A DNA stretch of 64,000 nt, taken from the NCBI GenBank assembly GCA_965226795.1, contig CBDDDZ010000005.1, forward strand, positions 2,944,001 through 3,008,000, given 5' to 3'. The notes below the pieces were generated by a model, which was not told the origin of the DNA, made no database searches, and was given only the letters and a program-made list of their open reading frames with translations. This document shows positions 10,342 to 22,597 of this stretch, piece by piece (the stretch's first letter is position 1; the number at the start of each line of letters is the position of its first letter). Made by a program: the position numbers and the translations under genes. The DNA is from Candidatus Latescibacterota bacterium (GTDB taxonomy: Bacteria; Latescibacterota; UBA2968; GCA-2709665).

Positions 10342-11592
10342 ATGACTGGGAATCTCAACCGATTGCTTTTTGTCTTTTTTTCACTTTGTGCTTCCGCATA
10401 TCCGGCGCATGGACAGAATCCGAGGTTGTTATGGCAGCCCAAAGGACCCGTAACGCATGGGTCGAGCGGTCCGCTCGCGGCGGATTTTGACGAAGACGGC
10501 GTTATCGGGTTCTCGGATTTTCTGTTGTTCGTGCGCAGCTTCAATGCCCGGGAAGGCGAAACGGCGTACGACGCCAGGATGGACCTGAACGGCGACGGCA
10601 CGATTAATTTTCCCGATTTTGTCTCTTTCGGTGCCGCGTACGGCGCCCGTTCCGACGCCGCGGCCACCACCCGCTACGCCGTTTACGTGCTCGACCCGGT
10701 GCTGGGGGGGGCGGCGGTCATCGATTCGGAATCCCATTTGCTTTCGGACTATCTGAGGTTCAGGGGACCGACCGGAATCGCGGTCTCGTCGGACGAGCGG
10801 ACGATCTACGTCTCGGAAGGATTCGGGCTATTCGCCATCGATGCGAATCACGAAGCCCTGTTCTCGATCCCCACGGAATCCCAGGGAAGGGTTGTATTGA
10901 GCCCCGACGAGCGGTTCGCATACGTGACGGAAGAACGGCACCACCGGCTGGTGATGTTGGATCTGGTGGCGCGGGTTCCCGTGGATACGATTTCCGTCGG
11001 ACAGAGACCGATCGACGTGGCGATTACACCGGATGGCAAGAAGCTCTACGTGGCGAATGCCGACAGTCGCGACGTTTCGGTGATCGACGTGGATAGCGGG
11101 GAAATCGTGGGCCGCATCATCATCGGCGCCGTCCCCGGTGAGATTGGCATAACGGCGGACGGCAGGCGGGCGTTTGTGACCAACATAGACCGCGGTGTCA
11201 TTTCGGTTCTGGATCTGAATTCGGATCAGGTCGCGGGTGGCATTCAGCTGAGTGGAGATTCCGCGCGGGGACTGGCGTTCTCACCAGATGGCCAGACACT
11301 TTACGTGGCTTCCACGGGGACACTGTCGGGCGGATTCCTGTTTGCCATTGACGTGCAGCGCAATCTTATTTCGAAACAACTGAGGGTTGGCGATGCCGCG
11401 TCTACGATTGGCGTTTCTCCGGATGGTTCGCGCCTCTACATCGGCACTCTGGTGCTTGACGGCGGCGGCCCGGGGCTGAGCGCCGTCGACCTTGACGAAT
11501 GGCGGGTCATGGGTCGGTTGCTGGGTATCGACTTCATCGCTCAGTTCGCATTCCGCACGCTTTCGCAACCGGGATCCAGCCGCGAGCGTTGA
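10342..11592 (+). CDS. Secreted YVTN-type beta-propeller with N-terminal paired EF-hand/dockerin-like motif
   Basis: Signal peptide; ADFDEDGVIGFSDFLLF...DLNGDGTINFPDFVSF; repeats such as AITPDGKKLYVAN and AFSPDGQTLYVA. Confidence 0.85.
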   Translation: MTGNLNRLLFVFFSLCASAYPAHGQNPRLLWQPKGPVTHGSSGPLAADFDEDGVIGFSDFLLFVRSFNAREGETAYDARMDLNGDGTINFPDFVSFGAAYGARSDAAATTRYAVYVLDPVLGGAAVIDSESHLLSDYLRFRGPTGIAVSSDERTIYVSEGFGLFAIDANHEALFSIPTESQGRVVLSPDERFAYVTEERHHRLVMLDLVARVPVDTISVGQRPIDVAITPDGKKLYVANADSRDVSVIDVDSGEIVGRIIIGAVPGEIGITADGRRAFVTNIDRGVISVLDLNSDQVAGGIQLSGDSARGLAFSPDGQTLYVASTGTLSGGFLFAIDVQRNLISKQLRVGDAASTIGVSPDGSRLYIGTLVLDGGGPGLSAVDLDEWRVMGRLLGIDFIAQFAFRTLSQPGSSRER

Positions 11593-11639
11593 CCGCACGC
11601 CGGGGCCCGCCGCGAATCGCTGGAGACGTTGCAATATCC

Positions 11640-12104
11640 TCAATCGACGGCCTTGACAATCCGGATTTTGACCCGGGCAACGCCCTCCTCGACCATGTCC
11701 AGACGACGGGCGGCGCCCAGGGAAAGGTCGAGAATCCGGCCTTTGACAAAGGGTCCCCGGTCGTTGACCTTCACCTGAACGCTCCGTCCGTTGCCGAGAT
11801 GGGTTACGTGGATAACGGTACCGAGTGGAAGTTCCCTGTGCGCGGCGGTGAGGCCGTACATATTGTAAATCTCACCGCTGGCGGTGGGACGGCCGTGAAA
11901 CTTGTGCGCATAAAAGGAGGTAAGGCCAACCTGGAAGGCGTCTGCGGTGGAAATCCTGGGAGGTTCAATTGTTGTTTTTTCGGAGTCGCTTCTGGGAGGC
12001 GAGGAGCGATACCGCGGTCGCGAGAAACAGCCTGAAGTCAGACCGATTGCGAAAATCAAGAGAATGTAAAATGCAACACGGTCAGTTCCGCGGCCCGGTT
12101 TCAA
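11640..12104 (-). CDS. rlpA: Septal-ring lytic transglycosylase RlpA family lipoprotein
   Basis: Lipobox LTSGC; SFYAHKFHGRPTASGE, TAAHRELP, VNDRGPF, LDLS. Start uncertain (TTG 12104). Confidence 0.88.
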   Translation of the reverse strand: MKPGRGTDRVAFYILLIFAIGLTSGCFSRPRYRSSPPRSDSEKTTIEPPRISTADAFQVGLTSFYAHKFHGRPTASGEIYNMYGLTAAHRELPLGTVIHVTHLGNGRSVQVKVNDRGPFVKGRILDLSLGAARRLDMVEEGVARVKIRIVKAVD

Positions 12105-13038
12105 ACGAACCCACGAGGTCTGATACACGCCCGATCCGGTGGCTGCGGCAGTATTCGGAAATGCCATCGACAATCTCCACGGCAGCCCAGGGGTTGACAA
12201 AGGTGGTCGTTCCTACCTGTACGGCGGACGCGCCAACGACAAGAAACTCGATTGCGTCTTGAGCCGTAGCGATACCGCCCATGCCGACAATCGGGATCGT
12301 AACCGTGTTTGCGACCTTCCACACCATCGCGAGCGCAACCGGCTTGATGGCGGGCCCGGAAAGGCCGCCGGTAATATTGCCCAGAACGGGGCGCCGGGAC
12401 CCGATGTCCACGGCCAGCCCCAGCAGGGTGTTGATAAGCGCGATACCGTCCGCGCCGGCTTCTTCCACGGCGGAAGCCACGGCGCCGATATCGGTTACGT
12501 TGGGTGTGAGCTTGACGATAACCGGAAGTCTGGAGGCTGCCTTTACTGCTGCCGTAACATCATGCGCGGCCTGCTCATGACACCCGAAGAGCTGGCCGCC
12601 GTCTTTCATGTTAGGCGACGAGATATTCAATTCGAGGGCGTCGATATCCGGTATATCGTTGAATCGCCGCGTCATCTCGGCGAATTCATCGTTCGAAGTG
12701 CCGGCGATGCTGACAACACGCGCTGTCGGTAGTGCCTGCAAGGCCGGGACCTTTTCCACAATAAACGCGTCAAGTCCAGGGTTCGTCAGGCCGATGGAAT
12801 TGAGCATCCCCGACGGGGTTTCCGCGGTTCGGGGGGTACTGTTGCCCGCGCGGGGGTAATAGGTTATGGTTTTGGTGACCACGCCGCCGACCCGCGCGAA
12901 GTCGAACATGCCCGCGTACTCGGCGCCGTGCCCGATGGTGCCTGAGGCCATCATGACAGGGTTCCGGATGGTCAGACCGCCACCTATGTGTGTGGAAAGG
13001 TCCATAGGCGTTATGGGCTGGGAATTCGAATGTGACAT
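12082..13038 (-). CDS. pyrD: Dihydroorotate dehydrogenase family 1B, catalytic subunit
   Basis: NPVMMASGT, GMLNSIGL.NPG, ELNISSPN, KLTPNVTDI, GGLSGPAIKP. Confidence 0.95.
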   Translation of the reverse strand: MSHSNSQPITPMDLSTHIGGGLTIRNPVMMASGTIGHGAEYAGMFDFARVGGVVTKTITYYPRAGNSTPRTAETPSGMLNSIGLTNPGLDAFIVEKVPALQALPTARVVSIAGTSNDEFAEMTRRFNDIPDIDALELNISSPNMKDGGQLFGCHEQAAHDVTAAVKAASRLPVIVKLTPNVTDIGAVASAVEEAGADGIALINTLLGLAVDIGSRRPVLGNITGGLSGPAIKPVALAMVWKVANTVTIPIVGMGGIATAQDAIEFLVVGASAVQVGTTTFVNPWAAVEIVDGISEYCRSHRIGRVSDLVGSFETGPRN

Positions 13039-13083
13039 CGCCGTCTGCCGCGAGACGTGTATACGGGGCAGGCCGAGCGCAGG

Positions 13084-13878
13084 CTACCAGATGATCGCGT
13101 GGGCATCCACCACCGGCCCTTCCACGCAGACCCGCCGGTACCGATGGTCTTCCCGGCCCGCTTCCCGGTATTCCACCACACAGCCGACACAGGCGCCGAA
13201 TCCACAGGCCATATGGTTTTCGAGGGAAGCGAAGCAGGGCAGACGATACTCGGCCGCGATCTCGGTGACCCGCGTCATCATGGCGTGGGGGCCACAGGTA
13301 AGGACCTGCGTTCCGTCCTTTAGAACATGCTCCGAAATCAGGTCAGTTACAGGGCCTCTATGCCCCAGACTGCCGTCGTCCGTAGCCAGCCGTCGACACA
13401 GATCGGCCGGAATCACACGATCCATGTCGGGCATGCGCGCTTTGCTCGCAGCCCCCATCAGAAAAACCATTTCAGCGCGCCGTTCTTTATGGAACCAGGC
13501 CATAAAGGCGAGGGGGACCAGACCGACCCCCCCGGCGACCAGCAGCACACGACCTGTGTCGGCCGGGGCAAAGGGTCGTCCGAGCGGACCGATTATATCC
13601 AGGTTCTGACCGGCCGCGGATCCGGCCATCCGGCGGGTGCCTTCCCCGATAGCGTCGTAGACAATTTCCAGCCACCCGGCTTCGGGGTCCACGCGGAGCG
13701 CGCTGAAAGGCCGACGCAGAAAAGGCGCCTGGCCAGCGTCGGTCCGGATCTGAACAAACTGGGCGGGGCGGCATACCCGGGCAATTCGCGGGGCCCGGAG
13801 GCGCATCAGGTAGACGTTTCGAGCGATCTGCTCGTTGACGAGGACTTCGGCGTTTTCCTGGGAAAAGTGTGGAATCAT
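13084..13878 (-). CDS. pyrK: Dihydroorotate dehydrogenase electron-transfer subunit
   Basis: LRRPFS, GPLG, GGVG, CGP, MACGFGACVGC...VCVEGPV (2Fe-2S); directly upstream of pyrD. Confidence 0.93.
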   Translation of the reverse strand: MIPHFSQENAEVLVNEQIARNVYLMRLRAPRIARVCRPAQFVQIRTDAGQAPFLRRPFSALRVDPEAGWLEIVYDAIGEGTRRMAGSAAGQNLDIIGPLGRPFAPADTGRVLLVAGGVGLVPLAFMAWFHKERRAEMVFLMGAASKARMPDMDRVIPADLCRRLATDDGSLGHRGPVTDLISEHVLKDGTQVLTCGPHAMMTRVTEIAAEYRLPCFASLENHMACGFGACVGCVVEYREAGREDHRYRRVCVEGPVVDAHAIIW

Positions 13879-13942
13879 TGGGCGAAAACGTCACGCGGAC
13901 TTTTGGAATCAGATTGAAGAACGGGGTGGCTCATCCGGTCGG

Positions 13943-15720
13943 CTATTTCTTTCGCGGGCTTTCGGAATCGCGCCGGCGTTTTTCATTCCTCCGGTCGGAA
14001 GGGGTCGTTCCGTCGGTTCCTCCGGCGGATTCCGCTTCCGGATCGGATTGCGCGATGGCCTTCAGAAAATCGCCCTTCAGGCTTGTCGACGCGATTTCCG
14101 CGAATTCGGTTAGAGGATAGCTGTCCACAAGCCGCTGGTAATAGACCCGGGCGGTATCCGGGTTCTCCAGGCGATTCGCATAGGTCCAGGCGATTGTATA
14201 AAGGGCCTTGGCCGCAAAGGGGCTGTTCGGGTAATCCGATGGCAGTTGTTTGAGGATTTCGAGATAGCCGGTAGGGGTCGCCGCCCTGTCTATCAGCGCC
14301 TCGGCCTCGCGAAACCGGGCTTCCGCGCCGGCGTCCTCCTCACGGGCTTGCACCAGCCGCTGGCGGGCATCCACTGCGTAGGGGTTGACCGGATACGCGT
14401 CGATCAGTTGCCGGTACGTCTTCTCGGCAGCTTCCTGGTTCTTAAGGCTGTCCGCGTAGATGAGGCCAATGGCATAGAGGGCCTTGGGCGCCAGTTTGGT
14501 ATCCAGGCTATCGGCGATTTCGTAGGCTCTGCGGTAGGTGGCGAGCGCGGAATCCGGTTCGGAGAAGTTGAATAAATACATTTCAGCCACATTGAAGAGC
14601 GCATTCAAACCCTTTTTCTTGCCCTTGGCGGCCTGCTTCCGGTAGCGCACCAGCTTGCCCAGGTCTCTTTCCCGGTCTCTCGCCGCCCTGCCGGCGTCGG
14701 ATCCGGGATTTTCTTTTCGGGCGCTGGCGAAAAGCTCTTTCGCCTTTTCCATATCTCCGTGGGTCCTCTGCGCCACCACCGCCAGGCTGTAGTACGCTTC
14801 GGCGCTGTACTCGGTCTTCGGATTGCGCTCGATGACTTCACTGTAGATCTGATCGGCGATATCCTGTTTGCCCATCAGTTGATACACGTTCGCCCGTCTG
14901 AGTTGGACGTCGGGTTCGTAGGATTTCAGGCTCTTGATCTTCAGAATCCGCCTGTATTCCTCAAGGACTTCGTCCAACTTTCCCTGGCGCTCCAGAATTC
15001 GGCCGATCTGAAGGCGGGTCTCGTAATTGATCTTGTTTTTCGGCTTTGATTTCAGAACGCGGCGATAGGCCAGCAGGGCTTCTTCGTACTGTTCCAGCTG
15101 AAACCTGGCGTTCCCGATGCCCTCCCATATTTTTGTGGCGAGACCCCTGGGCTTGCTCTCTAGCAGCTTCTGATACGCATCAATGGCGGCGGCGTGCTCA
15201 CCGGCTTCGGCTTCCAATTCGGCCAGCGCTAGCCGTGCTTTCGCGGAAAAATGCGGATCGGCACGCTCACCGACGTTCGCCAGTACAGGCCGCGCTTCTT
15301 CGGCTCTTCCGGCCGCCCAGAGCGTAAGCCCTTTCCAGTACATCGCTTCGGTGAGCAGCAGGCTTCGAGGAAAATTGTCCTGAAATTCCTGGAACTTCAG
15401 CAGGGCGTCGCCGTAGCTGCCTCGCCAGTAGAACGCCTTGCCGATGAGCAGAAGGCTGTCGTCCACCCACTTGCTGTCGGGATGCCGGTCGAGGACGATG
15501 GAGGCCTTACGGATGGCCCGCATGTAGAATTCGCGGTACCGGAACATCATCTGCTTGCTCTTCCGGCCGGAGGAGGCCACGTTCTCGGCCTCCTCTCGTT
15601 TACGTTCCGCCTCATGGTACACTTTTCGGGCGTTATAAAATGTATTGTAATAGACACACCCGGAGACCAGGGTTCCCGCAAGCAGGACCATCCATGGCAG
15701 GAGGATCTTTCGGTTCGTTT

Positions 15721-15736
<16 letters not shown>
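13943..15736 (-). CDS. TPR-repeat lipoprotein
   Basis: Lipobox LVSGC followed by VYYNTFYNA; many TPR repeats (SKWVDDSLLLIGKA, YPNSPFAAKALY). Confidence 0.85.
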
Positions 15737-17553
<1,817 letters not shown>

Positions 17554-17585
17554 GGCGATTACCGGACTCGCTCGGACTCTTGATA

Positions 17586-19034
17586 TTACGCGATGAGGCC
17601 CGCGAGTTCCTTCTCGCATTCGGTGATCTGTCTCAGGTTCTCCAGGAACCAGGGGTCGATTCCCGTGAGATCGTAGAGTTCCGAAATGGGCCAACCTGCT
17701 TCCAGCGCGGCCTTCAGATAGAAGATTCGTTGTGAATTGGGCACCCGCAGCCGGTGTTCGATAACGGCGCGGTCCAGCGTGGAGATGTCCAGATCTTTCC
17801 CGTCGGCACCGAAACCGGCACGGCCGATTTCGAGGGAACGCAGTCCCTTCTGAAATGCCTCTTTGAACGTCCGCCCGATGGCCATGGTTTCGCCTACGGA
17901 CTTCATCTGGGTACCCAGAAGGTCTTCTGTCTGCGGGAATTTTTCGAACGTCCACCGTGGAATCTTGACCACGCAGTAGTCGATGGTCGGCTCGAATGAG
18001 GCGGGCGTTTCCCGGGTGATGTCGTTCCGGATTTCATCCAGTGTGTATCCCACCGCGAGTTTGGCGGCGATTTTTGCGATGGGGAATCCTGTTGCTTTCG
18101 AGGCCAGGGCGGAACTCCGGGATACCCGTGGGTTCATCTCGATGATGACGATGCGTCCATCCCGCGGATTCAGCGCGAACTGAATATTGGAACCGCCCGT
18201 CTCCACGCCGATCTCCCGGATGACGGCGATGGAAGCGTTCCGCATGGCCTGGTACTCTTTGTCGGTAAGGGTCTGCGCCGGCGCCACCGTAATGGAGTCG
18301 CCGGTATGTATGCCCATGGGATCGAAGTTCTCGATGGAACAGATAATGACCACGTTGTCCTTCAGATCGCGCATGACCTCCAGTTCGAACTCTTTCCAAC
18401 CGATGATGGATTCTTCGACCAGGATTTCGGTGGTAGGCGAGAGTTCCAACCCCCGAACCGCGAGGTGTTCGTAATCTTCCGCGTTATAGGCCGTGCCCCC
18501 GCCGGTTCCTCCCAGCGTGTAAGACGGGCGTATGATGGCGGGATAGCCTATTTCGGCAATCACTTCCAGGGCTTCTTCCGCGCTGTGCGCAAATCTCCCT
18601 TTCGGGAATTCGACGCCGATCGCGGCCATCGCCGCCTGGAAGCGTTCCCTGTTTTCGGCCTTTTCGATGGCTTCGGCCTTTGCGCCGATCATCTCCACGT
18701 TGAATTTCGCGAGAACTCCGCTGTTGTAGAGATCCATGGCCACGTTCAGGCCCGTTTGTCCGCCAAGTGTTGGAAGAAGCGCGTCGGGACGCTCCCGTTC
18801 GATAATGGCGGCGCACACCTCCGGCGCAACCGGTTCCACGTAGGTCCGGTCCGCCATTTCCGGATCGGTCATAATCGTAGCCGGATTGCTGTTTAACAGG
18901 ACAACCGTATATCCCTCTTCCTTGAGGGCCTTGCAGGCCTGCACGCCGGAGTAGTCGAACTCACAGGCCTGGCCGATCACGATCGGTCCGGAACCGATGA
19001 GCATGATTTTCTGGATGTCGTTACGTCTGGGCAT
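17586..19034 (-). CDS. carB: Carbamoyl-phosphate synthase large subunit, N-terminal part (482 aa)
   Basis: [53 protein letters not shown]; ends ELAGLIA-TAA. Confidence 0.95.
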   Translation of the reverse strand: MPRRNDIQKIMLIGSGPIVIGQACEFDYSGVQACKALKEEGYTVVLLNSNPATIMTDPEMADRTYVEPVAPEVCAAIIERERPDALLPTLGGQTGLNVAMDLYNSGVLAKFNVEMIGAKAEAIEKAENRERFQAAMAAIGVEFPKGRFAHSAEEALEVIAEIGYPAIIRPSYTLGGTGGGTAYNAEDYEHLAVRGLELSPTTEILVEESIIGWKEFELEVMRDLKDNVVIICSIENFDPMGIHTGDSITVAPAQTLTDKEYQAMRNASIAVIREIGVETGGSNIQFALNPRDGRIVIIEMNPRVSRSSALASKATGFPIAKIAAKLAVGYTLDEIRNDITRETPASFEPTIDYCVVKIPRWTFEKFPQTEDLLGTQMKSVGETMAIGRTFKEAFQKGLRSLEIGRAGFGADGKDLDISTLDRAVIEHRLRVPNSQRIFYLKAALEAGWPISELYDLTGIDPWFLENLRQITECEKELAGLIA

Positions 19035-19189
19035 ATTTAATATGGAAATCGCCGTTTAATCGGCGGATACGGATATCATCCATCGGCCCCCGGTATCCCG
19101 GACCGGGTTCCGAGAAAAAAAACACCTGCGGCTGTCCTTGGAAAAGGGGGATGATCGCAGGCAGTGTGGAACCGTATGGCAGTCTGCAT

Positions 19190-19732
19190 TCAGACATTTT
19201 GCAGCAGAACCAGGTAGACCAGCACGAGGATGAAGAACAGTGTGACGGCAAAACAGGTTTTCAGGAAGAGATCCCTTACCCTGTTCGGGGGTGCGTTGCC
19301 GCCAATGGGTAGAGCCGGGGCGGCCGGTTCGTGGAGCGACCCCGAAAACCGCTCCTGTTCAATGAGTTGCTCCAGTTTTGGATCGCACTCCCTGATGACA
19401 CGGAGTATGAGGCGCTTGTTGCGGGCCGCCCTTTCGACGTACCGGCCCTGGGGCGACGTGCGCGCGCCTGCTTCGGGGATGAGAAGCTCCGAGTCGTCAC
19501 TGGATCCGGGAGCGTCTTCAACCAGGCTGAGCGCGCTGGCTCTGGCCAGTTGTTCGGTGAGTCTGCGGGTTTGCTTCCTGTCGTGGACGTTCTCCCGGAT
19601 CACCCTGCCGCAGATGCTCACGAAGCGTTCCATATCCGCTCTGATCTCACCTTCCGTGAGACCGACGAGATAGGACTCTTCAATCATTTCGTCGATGCTT
19701 TCGCGAATATCCGGCACGGGTCGGGTTCTCAA
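19190..19732 (-). CDS. Hypothetical protein with C-terminal transmembrane helix
   Basis: Co-oriented between nnr and carB; hydrophobic end FAVTLFFILVLVYLVLL; start uncertain. Confidence 0.6.
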   Translation of the reverse strand: MRTRPVPDIRESIDEMIEESYLVGLTEGEIRADMERFVSICGRVIRENVHDRKQTRRLTEQLARASALSLVEDAPGSSDDSELLIPEAGARTSPQGRYVERAARNKRLILRVIRECDPKLEQLIEQERFSGSLHEPAAPALPIGGNAPPNRVRDLFLKTCFAVTLFFILVLVYLVLLQNV

Positions 19733-21336
19733 TTTAACGTATGAAATCGAATGTATCGATCTTTATCGGCGCCTGTTTCGATAACGCGATGCGCGCGCGG
19801 GAGCGCCGCCGCGATGTCGCCCGCGATCAGTCCGGCCTCGCCCATGGGTTCCGCGCACAGGTCCCCGGCGAGGCCGTGCACGTAGACACCCAGACAGGCC
19901 GCCGTTTCGGGCTCCATGCCCTGCCCGATCAGAGCCGCGAGGATTCCGGTGAGAACGTCTCCGGAACCGCCCGTGGCCATGCCGGCGTTGCCGCTGGGAT
20001 TGACGTAGACGCGACCGCCCGGGATGGCCACAACGGTAGGCGCACCCTTCAGGATCACGATGACGTCCGCCGACCGAGCCAGCGTCTGCGCCGAACCGAT
20101 CGGATCGGCACGAATGGCCTCATCACCGAGACCGGTTAGACGGGCGAATTCCCCCGGGTGCGGCGTGACTACGGTTGGCGCGGTCCGCATTTTCAGGTTG
20201 TCCGGCGCTCCGGCGAGGGCGTTGATGCCATCGGCGTCCAGGACGAGGGGTACCTGGACATCGTGAACGATCCGCCGGACCAGTTGCACGGTTTCCCTGT
20301 GAGTACCGAGGCCGGGGCCGAGCGCGACGCAGTCGGCGTCGGCAACCAGTCTCTGAATCTCACCGCGTGCGCGGAGGGCCAGGCAGCGGCGTTTTCGGAC
20401 CTCCGGAAGTGGATGGGTCATCGCCTCCGTAAGCTTGACCTCCAGAATATCGTTCAGACCCTCGGGAGCGCCAACCCGAACCAGACCGGCGCCGGATCGG
20501 AGCGCCCCCTGCGCCGAGAGCGCCGCCGCGCCCGTGAAACCCATTGAGCCGGCTAGAATGACCACACGGCCGCAGTCCCCCTTGTGGGCGTCGGGCGGTC
20601 TTCGCGGCAGAAGGGGTGCGCCGCCGTGCGCGGCAATAAGCCGGACATTGACGTTCTCGGCGTCGACGGCTGCCTGTGGCAGACCGATGTCAACACAATA
20701 CAGGGATCCGCAAAGCGCGCGGCCAGGATAAAAAAACTGGCCGATTTTGGGCTGTCCGAACGTAACGGTGCGTGTAGCAGCCGAACAGGGCCCATCCGTA
20801 CGGCCCGTGTCGGCATCCAGACCCGACGGGATATCCACTGCCAGAATGGGACAGGCAACGTCCCGAAGCGTTTCGATTGCGCCTGCGACAAGCCCGCGGG
20901 GGCCGCCCCGAATGCCGGTGCCCAGGAGGGCATCTACCGCCGCGGATGCACCCGAAAGTGCGTGGCTGATCCGTCCCAGATCATTGGAATCCCGGATTTC
21001 CTGGATACAGAGTCCGTTTTTCCGGACGCGGTCGACGTGATACCGGGCATCGCCTTTGATCTGATCGATGGTGGACAACAGGAAGACGGAAACCGAAGCT
21101 CCCGCCAATGCGGCGAGGTCTGCAATGACGAATCCGTCGCCGCCGTTGTTGCCCTTGCCGCAAAGGACCACAATCCTTTTGCCCTGAAACCCGTCCACAA
21201 GATCGCCAAGCACCCTGGCGGCGCCACGCCCGGCGCGTTCCATCAGTTGGATGCCGGAAACCCCTCGCTCAATGGCGTCATGATCGATCCGGGCCATCTG
21301 CGCACCGGTAACAAGCGCGGCATGGACTTGCGGCAC
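19729..21336 (-). CDS. nnr: Bifunctional NAD(P)HX epimerase/dehydratase (YjeF)
   Basis: LMERAG, CGKGNNGGDG, DALLGTG, DIPSG, HKGDCG, GPGLG, LDADG, TPHPGEF, GSGDVLTG; GTG start about 21336. Confidence 0.93.
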   Translation of the reverse strand: MPQVHAALVTGAQMARIDHDAIERGVSGIQLMERAGRGAARVLGDLVDGFQGKRIVVLCGKGNNGGDGFVIADLAALAGASVSVFLLSTIDQIKGDARYHVDRVRKNGLCIQEIRDSNDLGRISHALSGASAAVDALLGTGIRGGPRGLVAGAIETLRDVACPILAVDIPSGLDADTGRTDGPCSAATRTVTFGQPKIGQFFYPGRALCGSLYCVDIGLPQAAVDAENVNVRLIAAHGGAPLLPRRPPDAHKGDCGRVVILAGSMGFTGAAALSAQGALRSGAGLVRVGAPEGLNDILEVKLTEAMTHPLPEVRKRRCLALRARGEIQRLVADADCVALGPGLGTHRETVQLVRRIVHDVQVPLVLDADGINALAGAPDNLKMRTAPTVVTPHPGEFARLTGLGDEAIRADPIGSAQTLARSADVIVILKGAPTVVAIPGGRVYVNPSGNAGMATGGSGDVLTGILAALIGQGMEPETAACLGVYVHGLAGDLCAEPMGEAGLIAGDIAAALPRAHRVIETGADKDRYIRFHTLN

Positions 21337-21606
21337 CGGGCCTCCGTGAGAAGCTGTCTTAAAATCCCCAGCGGTCTTCGCGCCTGCCTGCTGACGCAGG
21401 CAAGGCAGGCGGCTGCAAAAGCATGCAGAATCCGGGCCACCTGAGAACGCCTCAAACTCGCCTAATAATACAGGAATCGCCAGGGCTACGCAACTGCAAT
21501 TTTGAACCGTCGAAACCGGTAAAAAACGCGATCGATAGAGCCGAAGCCGTGTAGGCCCGGACCCTCGCGCGGCAAAGGCAAACAACCGGTTCGAGAGACA
21601 AAGTGC

Positions 21607-21636
21607 TTGACAGGATGCAACCATTTACACTAATTT
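21607..21636 (+). promoter_or_regulatory. Putative sigma70 promoter of tRNA-Ser(TGA)
   Basis: TTGACA-N18-TAATTT about 45 bp upstream of the tRNA. Confidence 0.45.
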
Positions 21637-21680
21637 TTCCATTGAATCTCAACAGGCCCCAGGCCTGCATCGGTTGTGAC

Positions 21681-21769
21681 GGTGGGGTGACGGAGTGGTC
21701 GAACGTGGCGGTCTTGAAAACCGTTGATCCTTACCGGATCCGTGGGTTCGAATCCCACCCCCACCGCCA
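21681..21769 (+). tRNA. tRNA-Ser(TGA)
   Basis: GGTGGGG...CCCCACC-G-CCA; anticodon arm gcggt-ctTGAaa-accgt; long variable arm; GGTTCGAATCC. Confidence 0.97.
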
Positions 21770-22597
21770 AGTATTCGAAAAATGCCGGGACGACAGGCAG
21801 GGGTCACGACTTGCCCGCAACCGTCCCCCCGTAGCCGCTGTATTCCAATGTCCTTCTCAAAAGCCGGATTCGAGTAAACCCCACCGGCGTCCAGTGCCTC
21901 TCCCGCGATCGCAATATCCCAACAGAAGCTGAAGATTCTCCGTACGGTGAGCACCGATCCGGATCCAGGAAATGGTTCGGTCATTCCGATACCGTCTAGT
22001 ACGCTGTACAGGAGTGAGCTGTAGCCCGGTCGATTTCCTGCGCGGAATATGACTGAGATGCCCGGGCCGACCTGCTCCTGCATTAATTCACTCGATCAAT
22101 CTTGCTCCTGGACAACACCGCCGGCACTGCAAGCGGTGTTGTCTTGACCGTCTCCCATTCCGTGCGCAGCGCGTTCAGCCAGGAGGGAGTCCTCCCGAGA
22201 CGCAATTCGAGTTGTGCTTCAAAAGCGATTCTGGTTCAACCGGGCGGCCGTTGGATTCGAGGACCTCAAGTTGGTCCTGGTCAAAGGTGAGTTGATTACT
22301 GTGCAACCCGGTGACAATGGGTTTTACAAGATGAATTGACCCGGGCGCAGGTCCAGGGCTGATCCATCAAATATTGCGCTCAAACTTCGACTGCGGGAGG
22401 CAAGAAAATCAATGTGGAATATTGGTGGTTTATCCGGCTAACTGCGTGGTATTTTGGTGAACGCGTCCCCTGCTGAGGGATTTTCTCTTATATTTCGCAG
22501 AACATCTGTCCGAAGAGGTTACAAGTCGAACCAGCGTCCGACCGGCCTTCTTCAGACTGAATTCCCTGATGAGGTCTCGCCTCGAAAGGAAGGAAGA

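Noticed and set aside
17554..17955. N-terminal extension of the 744-aa carB ORF, or programmed frameshift joining the halves
   Set aside because: The extension is an out-of-frame overlap with the N-part, no slippery sequence is evident, and a joined product would have an over-long linker.
19035..19190. Possible PyrR attenuator or riboswitch upstream of carB (also TPP riboswitch near thiL)
   Set aside because: No consensus motifs found by eye.
21649..22290. ORFs and an 11-bp inverted repeat (22111-22143) downstream of tRNA-Ser(TGA)
   Set aside because: The longest ORF runs antisense through the tRNA and no motifs were recognised; possibly decayed DNA.
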